DNA from: the human T2T-CHM13v2.0 reference genome, Homo sapiens
Direction: 5' to 3' (one strand)
NCBI RefSeq assembly: GCF_009914755.1
Contig: NC_060940.1
Length of the DNA: 64,000 nucleotides
Shown: piece after piece, positions 44,070 to 58,126 of the stretch
Layout of the letters: each line of letters opens with the position of its first letter
Position numbering within the stretch: the first letter of the stretch is position 1
The notes under the pieces: model-generated
The model's database searches: none
Seen by the model: the letters and a program-made list of their open reading frames with translations, nothing else
Told to the model about the DNA's origin: nothing
Program-made: the position numbers and the translations under genes

Positions 44070-44530
44070 GTAAATGTGTACAGGTCATTCATTGCAGCAC
44101 AACTTATAATTACCAAGTATTGGAAAGCACCAAAATGCCCACAACTAGGATATCCAATGGGATATCCTATGGTACCTCCATACAGTGGAGTACTATGCAG
44201 CTGTCAAAAACAGTGAGGCAGTGTGTTATGAACTGCAGTGGAGTGATAGCCAAGGTAAAATGAGTAAAATGACAAGGAAAAAAAGACATAAGCACAAAAC
44301 GGAAAGCATGTCATACCATGTTTTGGCAAAATGCAGATAATATGCCTCTGGCAAAGAAATGAAGGAACGATAAACAAGGAATAATTCAGGGGCCTCATTA
44401 CCTACAGGGAGTGGGAAAGCGTGGAAGGGATAGAGGAGGGGGTAAAGCCTCTGAGTATGCTTTTTTCATAGAGTTTTGATTATTGCAACTCTATTAATGC
44501 TAATATTTCACCTATTAAAAAATTTAAGTT
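44070..44530 (+). mobile_element. Old L1ME/MC 3' fragment
   Basis: TTCATTGCAGCAC...TGGAAAGCACCAAAATGCCCA...CCATACAGTGGAGTACTATGCAGCTG. Confidence 0.75.
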
Positions 44531-45873
44531 CATAAGAATTTAAATGTTTTCAGGGGGTGTATGTACATTTGCTGGTGTGAACACTTCTTGGCAATGGTGG
44601 TCTTTAGCATGGGGAATTTTCACGTTTTACCTACACGTGTGTGTGGTTTGAAGCGTTCATACCTGTGTGCACTGCTTTGAAGGAAAGCCCTATGACAAAG
44701 AAAATGGCATGATGTGTAATTGCTGAGGATGTGAGTGTTGTGGTGGAGGTAAGCAATGAACTCCTGGGGTTGCTACGTGTCAAGAAAATGTTCCTAACAC
44801 TCAGATTTTGGGAGTGCTTGAAAACAACAGGAAATCACCCAGGAACTGCTGATTCCTGGATCATGATGGAGAGATGATTCCCTCTAGTTGCAGAAGAGAG
44901 CGCTCAGGAGATGCCCATGGCTGTATTCCTCCAGCAAGGGGTCTGATAGTGACCCCCAACAGTGGTCTTTAGGCCATGGTGGTGAGCTGTAGGTAAAGGC
45001 CTTGTAATCTGGATTTTGTTCAGTCCTCTATTGGATCACTGTTTGATGTGTTCCCATATGTGCCAGATCCTCCCTTGTGGGGCTGGGGACTGGCTGGAGA
45101 CAGAAACAAACAAGTCAATAGATAAGAGAATGTGAAATTAGACGGAGCTTCCCTTCCCACTCTAAACAGCCCAACCAGGCTGTGGATTTCATGAGAACAG
45201 ACTCTCTCTGGAGGTTTGTGCTAATTTCTTTTTCCAATTGGGCTGGGAATACCATCAAACAGCTGCTCTGGTGCTGGTCCAGGGCATCTGCATCTGTTTG
45301 AACAGCAACTGGGAAGCCTGGAATTTCATGGACACAGGGAAGGGTGGTTTGGAAACCTGCACTTCTGTGCAAGCAGCCTCTGTATTTAAGAACAGTCATA
45401 TTGCTTCGATTTCTGTCTCGTTCTTGGGGCTGGTTCTGATTGCTTGACCTTGATCACACAGGATGTTTCCCCTTCTCATCTCATGCAGCAGGAAGCATGC
45501 CAGGGAGAGGAGATAGAAGGCGTGCATCGGGTCCTGACTCCTCTTCTTCCAAGCTATGTGACTTTGATAGGTCACTTTTCTTCTCTGAACCCCCAAATGA
45601 TAAAATGGAAACACTAATATCCACCTGCATCTGGGGCTGGATCCGATTGTCTTTTGAGAGCTTGTAACCACTTATCTCTCTGATAAACAGCAGCTCTGGG
45701 AATTGAACCCAGATTTGACTATTCAGAGCCAGCATCCTTTCCTCCCATCACCCATAAGCCTGGAGACAAGTGGTTACAGGTATAGACTCCTTGCTTCTCT
45801 CTACCCTTTACTGAGTAAGTGACTCAACCTCTTTTCTTCTAAGTTCTCTTATCTATAAAAATGGACTAATCCC

Positions 45874-46200
<327 letters not shown>

Positions 46201-49200
46201 TTAGAATGGTGCAATGAATGCTGGCTACTCTGGTCATGGTGCTCTAGACACACAGTTCTTCCAGTTTACTTCACACATGTTGAATTCTTCCCTCTGATTA
46301 GCCCAAGGTCTAGACCAGGAATAGTAAATTCACAGCTCATATTCTACCACTCCCACCACTGATGTCAGAGGCAGACATCACCAATCAATCCCCTCTCTCT
46401 CCACTGTCTGGGCAGAGTCTCAGAAACTTCAAGGCAGGCACTACTAGTTGACAGCAGTTGAAGCCGCTGCCATTCCCTTACAAAAACGTGTATGGAATCT
46501 GGCTTCCTCAGGATGAGCTACTTTTCATGGCAAGCGATGACTCTCCACAAAACCTGAGGTCCCCAGTGCAATCTGGGAACTGTTTGATTGCCTTTCATGA
46601 GTTCAAAAGCCATTGTCTCCCAAATGAGGAGGAAAGCTATTTTTGCCAGGAGAGAATGGAGGTAGGATAAGATACTGTTCCTGTTTTCCTAGAGTCAGGA
46701 AGAGCCCTCTCGAGGGAAAGTAGGGGGTGTCAGGGTATAATTGTTGACATAATATAATGATCTCTCCCTTCAGCCACTGGCTTCGTTTTACATCTGCTTC
46801 TCTTTAGAGCCACTTTGGAAGGAATGGTGACTCTGAACCTCTGGGGGATGGAAGAAAAGAATGCTGCTTTGCATGGACAAACCTGAGTTCGATTCCCAGC
46901 GCTGTTTATCGGATGTGGGATCTGATCTTGGGGGGACCTTCTTCAAGCCTCTCTGAGCTTCAGTTTCTGCATTAAAAATGAGAAGAAATGCCAGTTTTGA
47001 AGGGCATTCATTAATTCACTACCTATGATGGGCCACACTCTCTCCAGGCCTGGAGTGAAGTGGACATTCATCCCTGAAGATGAGGGATGATGCAGGGAAG
47101 CACCTCCACAGTGCTTGGAATGTTTGCTATTGGCGATTATTACCCTCGAATATCAGTTGCACGAAGATGTTTAGCACACTCTCACCAGAAACACCTGCTT
47201 GAAAGAGACAAGCATCTTGCTTTCGCTTTCTGTAGACTAACTTGCCCACACTTTGGGGCCCTTCCCTCAATGCCCATTCACCGTTGTTTTTCAGTTTGTT
47301 TTGGGGTCTGTGTATTTGGAGGATGCTGTCACAGAGGCAAGAATAACAGACTTCTGTTAAGAATGAAGGGCATTTTCACATTTTTACATTTCGCATTCTC
47401 ACATGTTCACATTTTCCTATTTCCTGGCTGTGTGACCTTGGGCAAATCATTCCACGCTTCCTCTTTCAAAAAGGAATACGGACCTTTCCCAGTTGGGTCC
47501 TGTGGGGGCTCGATGGCTGATGAAGGAGTGAGAAGGAGCCTGCAGGTGCTTTTCCCTGACACCCTGTGGGGTGCTTTCTGCAGTGACATGCTTCTAGGCC
47601 GACGGCAGATCCTGCAGCCCCTACGCATCCCCTCTGCCTTAGCACCGGCCACAGCTCGGCTCATGGGGCCCATCCTGGGCACAGTCCTCAGCCCTTTCTG
47701 AATACTGCCTCTTTTCCTCCTCCTCACTAGGGAGTGCTTGTACAGCCTTTACCACGGGGCCAGCTCCTAAAACTGCCAGCTCCTCTCACCCATTATTTCC
47801 AGGAACCAGCTACCCCTTCTTCTCCCCAGGGCCCTTGCACATGGAGCACTCCCTGCACTGGACACTTTGCACCCCAGGTGTCTGCTGCCTTCGCATTCTC
47901 CTTTGTTTCAGATCTCGGCTCACATGTGAAAGGCTTCCCTTCCAGCCGGCAATGCCCCTGGCTAGAAGAATCTCTCGCAGAGTTAGCCACTTGTTCCAGA
48001 CTTTGTTTTATTTCCCTGTGGCGATATCACTGTCTCATGCATTCCTTGTGGACTATATTTCTCTGCAACTGCAATGTGAGCCCCTGGAGAGCCAAAGCTG
48101 GGCCGGGACGTGTTGTTCCCAGTGCCGCTACCAGCATCTGGACCCAGGCCCGCCCGTGGTGGATGCGTGATGCATCTGTCAGGGAAGGAATGAATGCAAA
48201 TCCCTGTCATACAGAAGAGGCTCCCGAGATGTGACACCTGCTGCCCACGGCTGCACAGCTAGTGAGTGGAGGAGGGGTGGCCCGCACATGCATGCCCCCC
48301 CCTGCGCCCCCCCAGTGTCCATACAAGCGGCCCAGCCGGGCAGCTGCAGCTCTTCCTGTCTCACCCTTACCGATGTTTGGAGTTTGTAAAACCCGCTAAT
48401 CCCCGACCCTGTGTCATCCGCAGCAAGCTAATGGGCCTCTCTTCAGAGCTCAGGGCTGAGAGGGTCAGCTCTCCCGCTCCGTGCACTTAATGTCCAAATG
48501 TCTGATTTACTGGGAGAGGCCCAGGACATCTCCCTCAGTGCCTTCATAGCCAGGCCAGTGTAAAAGGCACCGGTGGCAAAAACGATCGCGGGGAGGGCGC
48601 ATTTGGAGATGGGATGCAAAACGAAAATCCCTTTTGGCTTCTCCCAGGAAAATCTCAGGAAAGAGTTTGTCTCTGCTTGCTGCCCTGGGACCTGGGACGC
48701 CATGAAGCTTTGTCAGATAAACCCAGAATTCTAAAGCCGAGACTGCCGGGAAGAGGCTTCCCGCTACCGGACAGGAGGTGCTGTTGGGAAAACAGTGCAA
48801 GTCTTTCTACCAAGCAAATGGCTGATCTTTGGGTCTTGACTTAAATTCATGCAGAGTGTTCAGAAGAGAAGCCAGTTCAGAAGAGAACCTCAGATAGGAA
48901 GTCTGATTTGTTATGATCCTGGCAGACACTGGAAACCCCGGCAGCGTGGCTGTGTCAGTGCTTGGGGGCCTGTCTATGTAAAACCCACACCGGTCTGCTC
49001 TGTCGGGAGGTGACTGGGATGAAAACCAACAGTGCTGGCTTCCCCTGGGCTAGAGTGTGAATCCCAGTGTGGCTCCTGTCGACTGTGTGACTTGGGCCGC
49101 TTACCTCACTGTCTGAGCCTCAGTTTTCTCATCTGGGAAATGGGCTATCTCATGCCACTAGTCACCCAATCATCCTTTCCGGAACCTTCTGAGAATGAAA

Positions 49201-49236
49201 GAGGGCACAACTAATGGTTCCATCAGGGCATCTATG

Positions 49237-49436
49237 TTTTTTTTTTTTTTTGAGACGGCATCTCGCTCTGTCGCCAGGCTGGAGTGCAATGGTGCGATCT
49301 TGTGATGTCGGCTCACTACAATCTCCACCTCCCGGGTTCAAGCAATTCTGGATGGTCTCGATCTCTTGACCTCGTGATCTGCACGCCTTGGCCTCCAAAG
49401 TGCTGGGATTACAGATGTGCGCCACTGCGCCCAGTT
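49237..49436 (-). mobile_element. AluSc-like SINE with ~100-nt internal deletion
   Basis: AAGCAATTCT joined directly to GGATGGTCTCGATCTC at 49349/49350; TSD GGGCATCTAT. Confidence 0.9.
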
Positions 49437-49510
49437 GGGGCATCTATTTTGAATGACTGTCCCCAGCAAATTCTGGGTCCTTTTTGAACACCTACTCACA
49501 ACTATAAAGT

Positions 49511-49607
49511 TGTGTGTGTGCACATGTGTGCATGTGCGCACGTGTGTGCATGTGTGTGTATTTGTGTGTGTGCATCTGTGTGTGTGTATTTGTGTGTCTG
49601 CATGTGT
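49511..49607. repeat. Interrupted (TG/CA)n alternating purine-pyrimidine tract
   Basis: Directly visible. Confidence 0.9.
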
Positions 49608-50824
49608 GGCAAGTAGCACAAAGAGGGAGGATGTTATTATGATGTCTGGAAGCAAAGGTCAACCTTGGAGTCTGGAAAGATCCTGGTTTATTTCTGTGTT
49701 GTAGACATGGAACTGGATGCTCCTGTTGGATGACATCAACAGGGAATTAGCTGATTTCCAAGATACCCAGGTGGTGTCTGCACACACCCTCCCCGGCCCT
49801 GCCCTGGTGTGCCACGTGGAGCCGGGCTCCGTGGATAATGAGGGAGGCCACGAGGGGTGGGAGCTGGCCATCGTCTCTCCCAGGCTTATTTCTGAAGGTC
49901 CCTCCATCACCATCTTGAAAGCCACCATCCTTTTCAGGAAACAGAAAAAAGCGTAGTCTCTGGCGTTCCAAGAAACCCACCAGGAGGAATGTAGAGAATC
50001 AAACGCGCTGGTCTCCCTCCAGCAGTTCCTCGGGGGAGAGAAATGATTTCTGATGCTAATGGCCAGCCCCTCCAACGCTGACATTTTCTTACATTGTACT
50101 TAAGCCCGGTTTGTTTTGCTTTCTGTCTCCACAACAATTACAAAGATTTATTTTTTATTGCTCCAGTTAACTCTGCCAGGACCACACTTCCTACTCGTTT
50201 TTAAAGGAGCATCTCTACTGTCCGGCTGGGACTAGAAACTGAGCATTTTCAATCTCAAAAAGGAAAATAAACAAGGCTGAACTCATCTTCTGGAGAAGGG
50301 CCGGCACTTTTCTCCCGTGCGTGGTGCCAGAAGGGGCTTCTGGCTCTTTTCCTCATGACAGGGGGGTTCACCCAGCCACCCTGCTGCGGTCCCTGCATGA
50401 GGCGGCGTTGTCACAGTGCCAGGGAATTAGAAGCTGTCCTCCCCAAATGGCTCCTCAGAGCACCCCCTGAGAGCTCAAAATGCACTTTGTTCTCACCAGC
50501 GGGTGACCTGCTTTCATGTGAGGTGACAGGGCCGGGGTCCTGGGGTGCATCTTTCTCAGATTTGATGTGCTGTTCTAAAGCAGTGGTTTCAGGGATGTGT
50601 GGAGAGGCCGGGCCACGCAAGAGAGTGGGCAGGAGAACCAGCACTTTGCATCCCTGCTCCTCCGGGTTCCAGCTGTGTGAGCAGGGAAAGTAACTGACCC
50701 TCTCTGAGCCCGTTTCATCCCTGGAAAGTGGGAGCGACAATAGCACCTGCCATCCTGGACTGCTGGGAGGATTCACTGACGCCACAGGTGGCACAGTGAG
50801 CTTGCACAGCCTGGCTGTGGAAAC

Positions 50825-51310
50825 TGTGGTTGGTTGAATAATGGCCCCCCAAGGATGCCACATGCAAATCCCTGGAGCCTGTGAATATGCAACCTAACGT
50901 CGCAAAAGGGACTTTGCAGAGGCGATTAGGTTAACGGTCCTGAGATGAGGTGATCATTCTGGATTATCTAAGGGGGCCCAATGTCATCACAAAGGTTCTT
51001 GGAATGTGGTGGCAAGAGGGTCAGATTAGAGGAGATGGGTGAAGGGTAGCAGTGATTGGAGTGAGGTACTTTGAAGATGGATGGGGCCATGAGTCAAGGA
51101 ATGTGGGCACCCCTAGAAGCTGGAAAAGTCAGGAAAGCAGACCCTCCCTGGAGCCTCCTGAAGGAACCAAGCCTGCTTACACCTCAGTTTTAGCCTAGTG
51201 AGACCTGTGTCAGACTTTTGGCCTCCAGAAATGTGAGAGAATGAAAGTGTGTTGTTTTAAGCCACTAAGTTTCTGGCCACTTGTTACCACAGCCACAGGA
51301 AATGAATACA
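50825..51310 (+). mobile_element. MLT1D-like solo MaLR LTR
   Basis: TGTGGTTGGTTGAATAATGGCCCCCCAAG...TTTTAAGCCACTAAG...GGAAATGAATACA. Confidence 0.9.
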
Positions 51311-51414
51311 ATCGTATTATTACTATTACTAATAGAGGAAACAGAGCTTCACACTGAGCTTCCTCCCCAGACTGTCCTCTCAGGCCCCAGTTGGCCCCTA
51401 GTGCTCTGAGGCTT

Positions 51415-52575
51415 CCTGTTCATCCATCCATCCATCCACTTATTCATCCCTCCGTCCTTCCGTCCCTCCAACCCTTCATTCATTCATTTGTCCAGCATTC
51501 ATTCATCCTTCCCTCCATCCCTTCATTCATTCACTCATTCACCCATTCATCCATCCCCCCACTCATCCTTCCGTCTTTCCCTCCATTCCTTCATCCATTC
51601 GTCCATCCACCTATTCATCTTCCATGCCTCCCTTCCTCCCTTGATCCATTTGTCCATTCACCCATTCATCCCTCCATCCTTCCCTCCATCATTTTGTCCA
51701 TTCATCCATCCACCCACTCATCCTCCATACCTCCCTCCTTCCCTTCATGCACCCACCCATTTATCTCTCCATCCTTCCCTCCATTCCTTCATCCATTCAT
51801 ACATCTGCCCATCTGCTCATTTATCTCTCCCTCCATCCACCCATTTATCACTCCATCCTTCCCTCCATCCCTTCATCAATTAATCCAACCACCCATCCAT
51901 TTTCCATTCCTCCCTCCATCCCTTCATCCATCTACTCATTCATCCATTCATCCCTCCATTCACTCTTCATTCATTCATCCATCCACCCATTCATCCTTCC
52001 CTCCATCCCCCCATCCATCTGTTCATCCCTCCCTCCATCCCTTCATCCATTCTCCTATCCACCCATTCATCCCTCCAACCCCCCTCCATCCCTTCATCCA
52101 TACACCCTTCCATTCTTCCATCCCTTCCTTCATCCCTTCATCCAACCACCCATCCATCCCTCCATCCCTTCATCCATCTACCCATTCATTCATTCATCCC
52201 TCAATCCATTCCTTCATTCATACATCCGTCTGCCGATTCATCCTTCCCTCCATCCCTTCATTCATCCACCCATCCATCTGTCCATCCCTTCATCCATTCA
52301 TCCATCCTCCCATCCCTTTCATCCCTCCAACCCCTCTCCATCCCTCCCACCATTCATTTGTTCATCCACTCGGCCATTCACCCTCCATCCTTTCCTCTCT
52401 CTTCATCCCTCCCTCCATCTCTTCATCCATTCATCTATCCACTCATTCATTTATCTTTCCTTCCATACCTTCATTCATTTATCCATCCATTTATTTACTT
52501 ATTTGTTTATTCATTTATCCATTCACTTACTCCTTCCTTCCTTCCTTCCTTCCTTCCTTCCTTCCTTCCTTCCTT
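51415..52575. repeat. ~1.15-kb (TCCA/TTCA/TCCC)n tract ending in ~11 pure TTCC units
   Basis: Directly visible; pure TTCC run at 52531-52575. Confidence 0.95.
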
Positions 52576-52639
52576 AATACCTGGCATCAGCATGAGGGAC
52601 TTTGCTGGGGGCTGACATCTTGGCCTCTCCCTGCTCCTG

Positions 52640-53150
52640 CCCACTTCTATCATGTCAGCAGCCAGAGTTATACTTCCAAATGATGCCAGTCTACATGCCC
52701 TTCTGTTCATGACCCAGTGACTCCCTCTGTCCTCAGTCCTGTGCGAAAGTCCTTGCTCTGCCGCTTGGAGTTTGTCCCCTGTGCTCTCCCCTTTGCTTAT
52801 TCTGTTGCAGCCCCTTCGATCCCTGGCTTTGCCTCCTGCCCCAGGCCTCTTGCACTTACCATGCCCCTGGGTGGAGCACCTTCCCCCAGGTGGCTGCATA
52901 ACTTGCTGCCTCACCTTCTCAGGTCACCTCCTCAGCGAGACTCTTCCTGATCACTTTTCCCCTTTCTCGTTTTATTTTCCCTTCCTGCTCATTAACATCC
53001 ATATCTTTCACTTCTAATTTTGTATTTCTTCTCTGCCTCTCCTGCTAAAAATATGCTCCCTTAAGGCAGAGTTTTTCACTGTTTTGTTCTGAGCTGTATC
53101 CTCCATGCCTGGCACATAGTAGGTGCTCAATAAATATTTGTGGAATTAGA
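52640..53150 (+). mobile_element. L2 3' end
   Basis: Canonical TGCCTGGCACATAGTAGGTGCTCAATAAATATTTG terminus. Confidence 0.85.
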
Positions 53151-53694
53151 GAATGAGTATCAGGTTCTTTAAAGCTGAATTCCAACCTAGCTCCCCAGCC
53201 TCATCTTGATTCTTAACCTGTCTCATGTTCTATTCGATTGGCTGTTCCAGAAACATCTTTTTCTCTCAAGCTTTTTTGCTTTTGCACAGGTGAATGTCTT
53301 CTCTGCATGGTGAACACCTATGCATCCTTGAAAACCCGTCTCCTTGACAAAGTTTTCTCTAATACTTTCATCCCAGGTTGTTTGCCTCTTCTCTCATGCA
53401 TTTTAAAAGCACTTTATACTTCCTTCTATTAAGGAATTTATCTTGCTGTTCAGAGTTTTTTTTTTAACACACCTCTTTCCCTGATCAGAGACTGTTAATG
53501 TCTATCTTACTTTTTGTTTTTTTGCACCATCTAGCAACTTGCTGGCATACAGTAGATGATTAGAAACAGTCAAAGAGTGAGTGAAAAAATGAATGAGTGA
53601 ATGAATGAATAAATGCAGGGCAGGCAGGGACCTTGGTCTTATTTGACCCTGGATCTAGTCATCAAGCAGTTTTTGGCACAGAGGAGCCATTCAG

Positions 53695-54217
53695 AAGAGT
53701 TTCTTGTCTATAAGAGCAAGAGTTTCTGGTCTATAAGAGCGAGGGTTTCTGGTCTATAAGAGCGAGGGTTTCTGGTCTATAAGAGCCAGGGTTTCTGGTC
53801 TATAAGTGTGAGGGTTTCTGGTCTATAAGACCGCGGGTTTCTGGTCTATAAGAGCAAGGGTTTCTGGTCTATAAGACCGCGGGTTTCTGGTCTTTAAGAG
53901 CAAGGGTTTCTGGTCTATAAGAGCGAGGTTTTCTGGTCTGTAAGAGCAAGGGTTTCTTGTCTATAGAGCGAGGGTTTCTGGTCTATAAGAGCGAGTGTTT
54001 CTGGTCTATAAGAGTGAGGGTTTCTGGTCTATAAGAGCAAGTGTTTCTGGTCTATAAGAGCAAGGTTTTCTGGTCTGTAAGAGCGAGGGTTTCTTGTCTA
54101 TAGAGCGAGGGTTTCTTGTCTATAGAGTGAGGGTTTCTGGTCTATAAGAGCGAGGGTTTCTGGTCTATAAGAGCCAGGGTTTCTTAACTATAAGAGTGAG
54201 GGTTTCTTGTCTATAAG
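53695..54217. repeat. 23-bp minisatellite, ~22-23 copies, consensus GAGCGAGGGTTTCTGGTCTATAA
   Basis: Period 23 (CTATAAG at 53708, 53731, 53754 and onward) with some 22-nt variants. Confidence 0.97.
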
Positions 54218-55176
54218 AACAGGAGTTTGTATTTGTTTTGTTCACTCTTGCATTCCCCGTACTTAGAGCAGCTCCTGTCACAGAGTAGGAGCTTAGAAAT
54301 AATTGATGAGTGAATAAATTGTGAGAGACCTATTTTCATCAGCTCCCTCTCTCTCAGAGGCCTGCCATGGCTAGAGAGGAGCTTGTGTTTCCAGGCTGCT
54401 GAGGGCTCTTCCTCCTGTGTCATGCACTGACATGTCTGTGTGAATCAGAGCCTGTTGGACAAGGAGAGAGAGAGGTGGTCAAAGGGCATGAATCAGCCCA
54501 TTTCTTGGCTTTTCCCAGACAAGGTGGCTCAAAATGTGTTCTGTGCAGGTCGGGTCTGGTTTTTATAGACTTCTGTGGACTAAAGTGAGGTCTGCAAATT
54601 GAGGGCTTGTTGGTCACTGTCTTATAGGCATGAGTCACTGGCCAGCAGCCTTCTGCAAGAAGGAAACGCCATCCTCTCCTGGTGACATGTGCCCAAGGCC
54701 TGTATGCGGCCCCTCTCCTAGGACTGTGTGGGGCTGGGCTGCTCGTTGGAGGGGTGCACGGTGGTTTTCTGGGTGGGCCGTGCAATTCCTGCTGGCAAAC
54801 ACAGTCATGGTGGAAGCTCTGCCAGAAAAGCACAGAGTGGTAGGGCAGAGTGTTCCCTGCATGGCCTCCTGGTCAGAAGCTCACCTCTTCCTGCCATAAC
54901 CTGGCCAAGGAGAGGAGAGCTCAGTCTTTGGTAACTTCCCCAGAGGGGCCTGGACCAGCCATATTCTCAGGATATGGCTTCTTACTGGGAGCCTTTGCTC
55001 TTGTGGCCATGGGGTGAGTTGCTGGCTGGACTTTCTCTGCCAGCACACACCCTTATATCACTGAACCCAGAAGGTTTCCTCCAAACAGGACCTTTGGCCA
55101 CTGCTTGGAGGGAACTGGGGTGAGGGCATGGGGCTCTTTCATTTTGGAGACAACTAATCCAACCTGACATATCACC

Positions 55177-55312
55177 TAAGGTTCCCAGATTTAGAGAGAA
55201 AAATCAGAAACAAACAAAACAAAACAAAAACCAGGATGCCCAGTTAAATTTAAATTTTAGGTAAACTACAAATATTTTTATTTGTATATGTAGGCCCCAT
55301 GTAATATTTGGG
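55177..55312 (+). mobile_element. Half of a MER53-like palindromic hAT element
   Basis: AGGTTCCCAGATTTAG...CAGGATGCCCAGTTAAATTTAAATTTTAG. Confidence 0.75.
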
Positions 55313-55384
55313 CAGAAGCAATTGGATACCACACCCTTGTGCCCAAATAGCTAAAAGACTCTCTTTCCCAAAGGCAAAAGGAAC

Positions 55385-55760
55385 CCTATTAGTTTGTTTT
55401 CACACTGCTGATGAAGACATACCCAAGGTTGGGAAATTTACAAAAAAAAAAAAAAAAAAAAAGAGGTTTATTGGACTTACAGTTCCACATGGCTGGGGAG
55501 GCCCCACAATCATGGCGGAAGGCAAGGAGGAGCAAGTCACATCTTAGGTGGGTGGCAGCAGGCAAAGAGAGAGGGTTGTGTAGGGAAACTCCCCTTTATA
55601 ATCAGTCATCAGGTCTCATTAGACTTAATTGTTATCACGAGAACAGCAGGGGAAAGACCTGCCTCCATCATTCAGTTGCCTCCCACCGGGTCCCCCCCAC
55701 GACACATGGGAATTCAAGATGGGATTTGACCATCTTGATATGGTCAGCCAAACCATATCA
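55385..55760 (-). mobile_element. THE1 (A/B-like) solo LTR
   Basis: TATTAGTTTGTTTTCACACTGCTGAT...CAGCCAAACCATATCA; near-TSD GGAAC/GGAAT. Confidence 0.93.
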
Positions 55761-56131
55761 GGAATGGAGTGAGTACAGGGACAACTGTGATCACTGGCGC
55801 TCACCCCCTGCCCCCCTCCCCTCTCCCCGCCATCCCCACACCATGAGGAGGCCCTCTGCACAAAGCATGTCTGCCCAGACTGTGCTCAACAAGACTTTCC
55901 TCCTGTTCTGCCTCCTGTCTGGTCTCTTTTGTCTCTGCCTTTTGCCAAGTTTTGTTCCACAGCCTTCCCAGCAAGGTGGGAGCTCCCCAGTTTCCTCCTC
56001 CTTCAGCAGAGAGTCCCTGTCTGCTGAAATGCACCCAGCCTATTTCTGTCACTGCCAGCACTGTCTCCTGTTCTGCTGGCGAACTCTGCTTACCTGCCTA
56101 TCAAGGCCAGATGCCCCTCTCTGGAGCCCTC

Positions 56132-57648
<1,517 letters not shown>

Positions 57649-57708
57649 CCCTCTCTCCCATCATGGCCACTTCCCCTGAGTTTTCTGAGCGTTTTGTGCA
57701 TTTCTCTT

Positions 57709-58126
57709 TGCTATGGTTGGGGTGTGTCTTCTCCTAACCTCAGGTTGAAATTTGATTCCCAGTGTTAGAGGTGGGGCCCAATAGGAGGTGTTTGGGTTAT
57801 GGGGAGGGGCCCTCATGGACAGATGAATGGCCTCCCTCAGGGGTGAGTGAGTTCTCACTCTATTAGTTCCCATGAGAGCTGGTTGTTAAAAAGGCCTGGC
57901 ACCTTCCCCCCATTCACTCGCCTCATCTCTCCCATGAGGTTGCTGCACACACAGCTCCCCTTCACCTTCTGCTATGACTGGAAGCAGCCTGAGGTCCTCA
58001 CCAGAAGCAGATGCCCAATCTTGAACTTTCCAGCCACCAGAATTGTGAGCCAAATAAACCTTTTTTTCTTTATAAGTTACCCAGCCTCAGATATGACTTT
58101 ATAGCAACAGAAAATAGACTAAGACA
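57709..58126 (+). mobile_element. MSTB-like solo MaLR LTR inserted in an L2 fragment
   Basis: TGCTATGGTT...GACTAAGACA; exact 5-bp TSD CTCTT. Confidence 0.92.

Noticed and set aside
47087-48234. 204-aa and 166-aa ORFs
   Set aside because: They overlap MIR/L2 remnants, have random-like composition and show no exon structure
51391-52683. 430-aa ORF (and overlapping 276-aa ORF) rich in H/P/S/I/F
   Set aside because: It is the translation of a TCCA/TTCC repeat that is compositionally poor in stop codons; TTG start and no domain
53695-54217. CRISPR-like appearance of the regular 23-bp array
   Set aside because: Units are head-to-tail with no unique spacers, there are no cas genes, and the context is primate DNA; it is a minisatellite
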